Origin: Eledone cirrhosa
Lineage: Eukaryota
DNA length: 64,000 bases
Direction of reading: 5' to 3'
Assembly (NCBI GenBank): GCA_964016885.1
Contig: OZ024743.1
Location: 332,072,001 to 332,136,000, forward strand
The notes below the pieces were generated by a model. That model worked only from the letters and a program-made list of their open reading frames with translations, had not been told where the DNA came from and did not search any database. Every line of letters begins with the position of its first letter. The first letter of the stretch is position 1. Shown piece after piece: positions 60,201 to 64,000 of this stretch. The position numbers and the translations under genes were made by a program.

Positions 60201-63200
60201 GTGATACAATGTGTACCTGGGTATTTATAACTCTAGGCTAGTGATACAATGTGTACCTGGATATTTAAAATTCTAGGCTAGTGATACAATGTGTACCTGG
60301 GTATTTAAAATTATAGGCTAGTGATACAATGTGTACCTGGGTATTTATAACTCTAGGCTAGTGATACAATGTGTACCTGGGTATTTATAACTCTAGGCTA
60401 GTGATACAATGTGTACCTGGGTATTTAAAACTCTAGGCTAGCGATACAATGTGTACCTGGGTATTTAAAACTCTTGGCTAATGATACAATGTGTCCCTGG
60501 GTATTTAAAACTCTTGGCTAATGATACAATGTGTACCTGGGTATTTAAAACTCTTGGCTAGTGATACAATGTGTACCTGGGTATTTATAACTCTAGGCTA
60601 GCGATACAATGTGTACCTGGGTGTTTAAAACCCTTGGCTAGTGATACAATGTGAAACTTGGTATTTAAAACTCTAGGCTAGTGATACAATGTGTACCTGG
60701 GTATTTATAACTCTAGGCTAGTGATACAATGTGTACCTGGGTATTTAAAACCCTTGGCTAGTGATACAATGTGTAACTTGGTATTTAAAACTCTTGGCTA
60801 ATGATACAATGTGTACCTGGGTATTTAAAACCCTTGGCTAGTGATACAATGTGTAACTTGGTATTTAAAACTCTTGGCTAGTGATACAATGTGTACCTGA
60901 GTATTTAAAACTCTAGGTTAGTGATACAATGTGTACCTGAGTATTTAAAACTCTAGGCTAGTGATACAATGTGTATCTGTGTATTTATAACTCTAGGCTA
61001 GTGATAAAATGTGTACATGGGTTATTTATAACTTTAGGCTAGTGATACAATGTGTACCTGGGTATTCAAAACTCTTGGCTAGTGATATAATGTGTACCTG
61101 GATATTTAAAGCTCTTGGCTAGTGATACAATGTGTACCTGGGCATTTAAAACTCTTAGCTAGCTATATAATGTGTACCTGGGTATTTAGTGCCCTACGCT
61201 AGCCATACAATGTGTACCTGGGTATTTAAAATTCTAGGCTAGTGATACAATGTGTACCTGGGTATTTAAAACTCTAGGCTAGTGATACAATGTGTACCTG
61301 GATATTTAAAATTCTAGGCTAGTGATACAATGTGTACCTGGATATTTAAAACTCTAGGCTGGTGATACAATGTGTACCTGGGTATTTATAACTCTAGGCT
61401 AGTGATACAATGTGTACCTGGGTATTTATAACTCTAGGCTAGTGATACAATGTGTACCTGGGTATTTAAAACTCTAGGCTGGTGATACAATGTGTACCTG
61501 GGTATTTATAACTCTAGGCTAGTGATACAATGTGTACCTGGGTATTTATAACTCTAGGCTAGTAATACAATGTGTACCTGGGTATTTAAAACTCTAGGCT
61601 AGCGATACAATGTGTACCTGGGTATTTAAAACTCTTGGCTAGTGATACAATGTGTACCTGGGTATTTAAAACCCTTGGCTAATGATACAATGTGTAACTT
61701 GGTATTTAAAACTCTAGGCTAGTGATACAATGTGTACCTGGGTATTTAAAACTCTAAGCTAGCTATACAATGTGTACCTGGGTATTTAAAACTCTAGGCT
61801 AGCGATACAATGTGTACCTGGGTATTTAAAACTCTTGGCTAGTGATACAATGTGTACCTGTGTATTTAAAACTCTAGGTTAGTGATACAATGTGTACCTG
61901 GGTATTTGAAACTCTAGGCTAGGGATACAATGTGTACCTGGGTATTTTAAACTCTAAGCTAGTGATACAATGTGTACCTGGATATTTAAAACTCTAGGCT
62001 AGTGATACAATGTGTACCTGGGTATTTATAACTCTAGGCTAGTGATACAATGTGTACCTGGGTATTTAAAACTCTAGGCTAGTGATACAATGTGTACCTG
62101 GATATTTAAAATTCTAGGCTAGTGATACAATGTGTACCTGGGTATTTAAAATTCTAGGCTAGTGATACAATGTGTACCTAGGTATTTAAAACTCTAGGCT
62201 AGTGATACAATGTGTACCTGGATATTTAAAATTCTAGGCTGGTGATACAATGTGTACCTGGGTATTTAAAACCCTTGGCTAATGATACAATGTGTACCTG
62301 GGTATTTAAAACTCTTGGCTAGTGATACAATGTGTACCTGGGTATTTATAACTCTAGGCTAGCGATACAATGTGTACCTGGGTGTTTAAAACCCTTGGCT
62401 AGTGATACAATGTGTAACTTGGTATTTAAAACTCTAGGCTAGTGATACAATGTGTACCTGGGTATTTATAACTCTAGGCTAGTGATACAATGTGTACCTG
62501 GGTATTTAAAACCCTTGGCTAGTGATACAATGTGTAACTTGGTATTTAAAACTCTAGGCTAGTGATACAATGTGTACCTGGGTATTTATAACTCTAGGCT
62601 AGTGATACAATGTGTACCTGGGTATTTAAAACCCTTGGCTAGTGATACAATGTGAAACTTGGTATTTAAAACTCTAGGCTAGTGATACAATGTGTACCTG
62701 GGTATTTATAACTCTAGGCTAGTGATACAATGTGTACCTGGGTATTTAAAACCCTTGGCTAGTGATACAATGTGTAACTTGGTATTTAAAACTCTTGGCT
62801 AATGATACAATGTGTACCTGGGTATTTAAAACCCTTGGCTAGTGATAAAATGTGTAACTTGGTATTTAAAACTCTTGGCTAGTGATACAATGTGTACCTG
62901 AGTATTTAAAACTCTAGGTTAGTGATACAATGTGTACCTGAGTATTTAAAACTCTAGGCTAGTGATACAATGTGTATCTGTGTATTTATAACTCTAGGCT
63001 AGTGATAAAATGTGTACATGGGTTATTTATAACTTTAGGCTAGTGATACAATGTGTACCTGGGTATTTAAAACTCTTGGCTAGTGATATAATGTGTACCT
63101 GGATATTTAAAACTCTTGGCTAGTGATACAATGTGTACCTGGGCATTTAAAACTCTTAGCTAGCTATATAATGTGTACCTGGGTATTTAGTGCCCTACGC

Positions 63201-64000
63201 TAGCCATACAATGTGTACCTGGGTATTTAAAATTCTAGGCTAGTGATACAATGTGTACCTGGGTATTTAAAACTCTAGGCTAGTGATACAATGTGTACCT
63301 GGATATTTAAAATTCTAGGCTAGTGATACAATGTGTACCTGGATATTTAAAACTTTAGGCTAGTGATACAATGTGTACCTCGGTATTTAAAACTCAAGGT
63401 TAGTGATTCAATCTGTACCTAGGTATTTAAAACTCTAGGCTAGTGATACAATGTGTACCTGGGTATTTAAAACTCAAGGTTAGTGATACAATGTGTACCT
63501 GTGTATTTAAAACTCTAGGTTAGTGATACAATGTGTACCTGGGTATTTGAAACTCTAGGCTAGGGATACAATGTGTACCTGGGTATTTTAAACTCTAAGC
63601 TAGTGATACAATGTGTACCTGGATATTTAAAACTCTAGGCTAGTGATAAAATGTGTACCTGGATATTTAAAACTCTAGGTTAGTGATACAATGTGTACCT
63701 GGTATTTAAAACTCTAGGTTAGTGATACAATGTGTACCTGGGTATTTAAAACTCTAGGCTAGTGTTACAATGTGTACCTGGGTATTTAAAACTCTAGGTT
63801 AGTGATACAATGTGTACCTGGGTATTTAAAACTTTAGGCTAGTGATACAATGTGTACCTGGGTATTCAAAATTCTAGGTTAGTGATACAATGTGTACCTG
63901 GGTATTTAAAACTCTTGGCTAGTGATATAATGTGTACCTGGATATTTAAAACTCTTGGCTAGTGATACAATGTGTACCTGGGCATTTAAAACTCTTAGCT
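54288..64000. repeat. 40-bp satellite array (~240 monomers, runs off the window); consensus GATACAATGTGTACCTGGGTATTTAAAACTCTAGGCTAGT
   Basis: Strict 40-bp period with occasional 38-, 39-, 41- and 43-bp variants. No unique spacers. Confidence 0.98.

Noticed and set aside
54288-64000. CRISPR-like regular array
   Set aside because: Monomers are contiguous near-identical 40-mers with no unique spacers, there are no cas genes, and the context is eukaryotic.

Overview
AT-rich eukaryotic (animal) genomic DNA made almost entirely of repeats. The mix of RTE LINEs with (GAT)n tails, tRNA-derived SINEs and dense (TA)n/(TG)n tracts suggests a cephalopod such as an octopus; this is inference only. I found no host protein-coding exon I can support. 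Contents: an intact two-ORF Tx1/L1-type LINE inserted in a (TCTG)n microsatellite (588-6192); a deleted Helitron; about ten RTE copies or fragments whose ORF has a PHD finger inside the RT; a CR1 3' fragment; a frameshifted Penelope-like element (RT + GIY-YIG, Hydra-clade-like); many tRNA-SINEs; piggyBac- and hAT-like MITEs; and a ~9.7 kb 40-bp satellite with higher-order structure at the right end. The most interesting layer is a set of small (TA)n-embedded fold-back insertions and minimal hammerhead ribozymes. One is a ~450-nt retrozyme-like monomer in inverted plus tandem arrangement (18412-19550). Another is a ~490-bp hairpin (44606-45096) whose arm mismatches are almost all A-to-G on one strand and avoid a 5' G, which is what a reverse-transcribed ADAR-hyperedited dsRNA fixed in the genome would look like.
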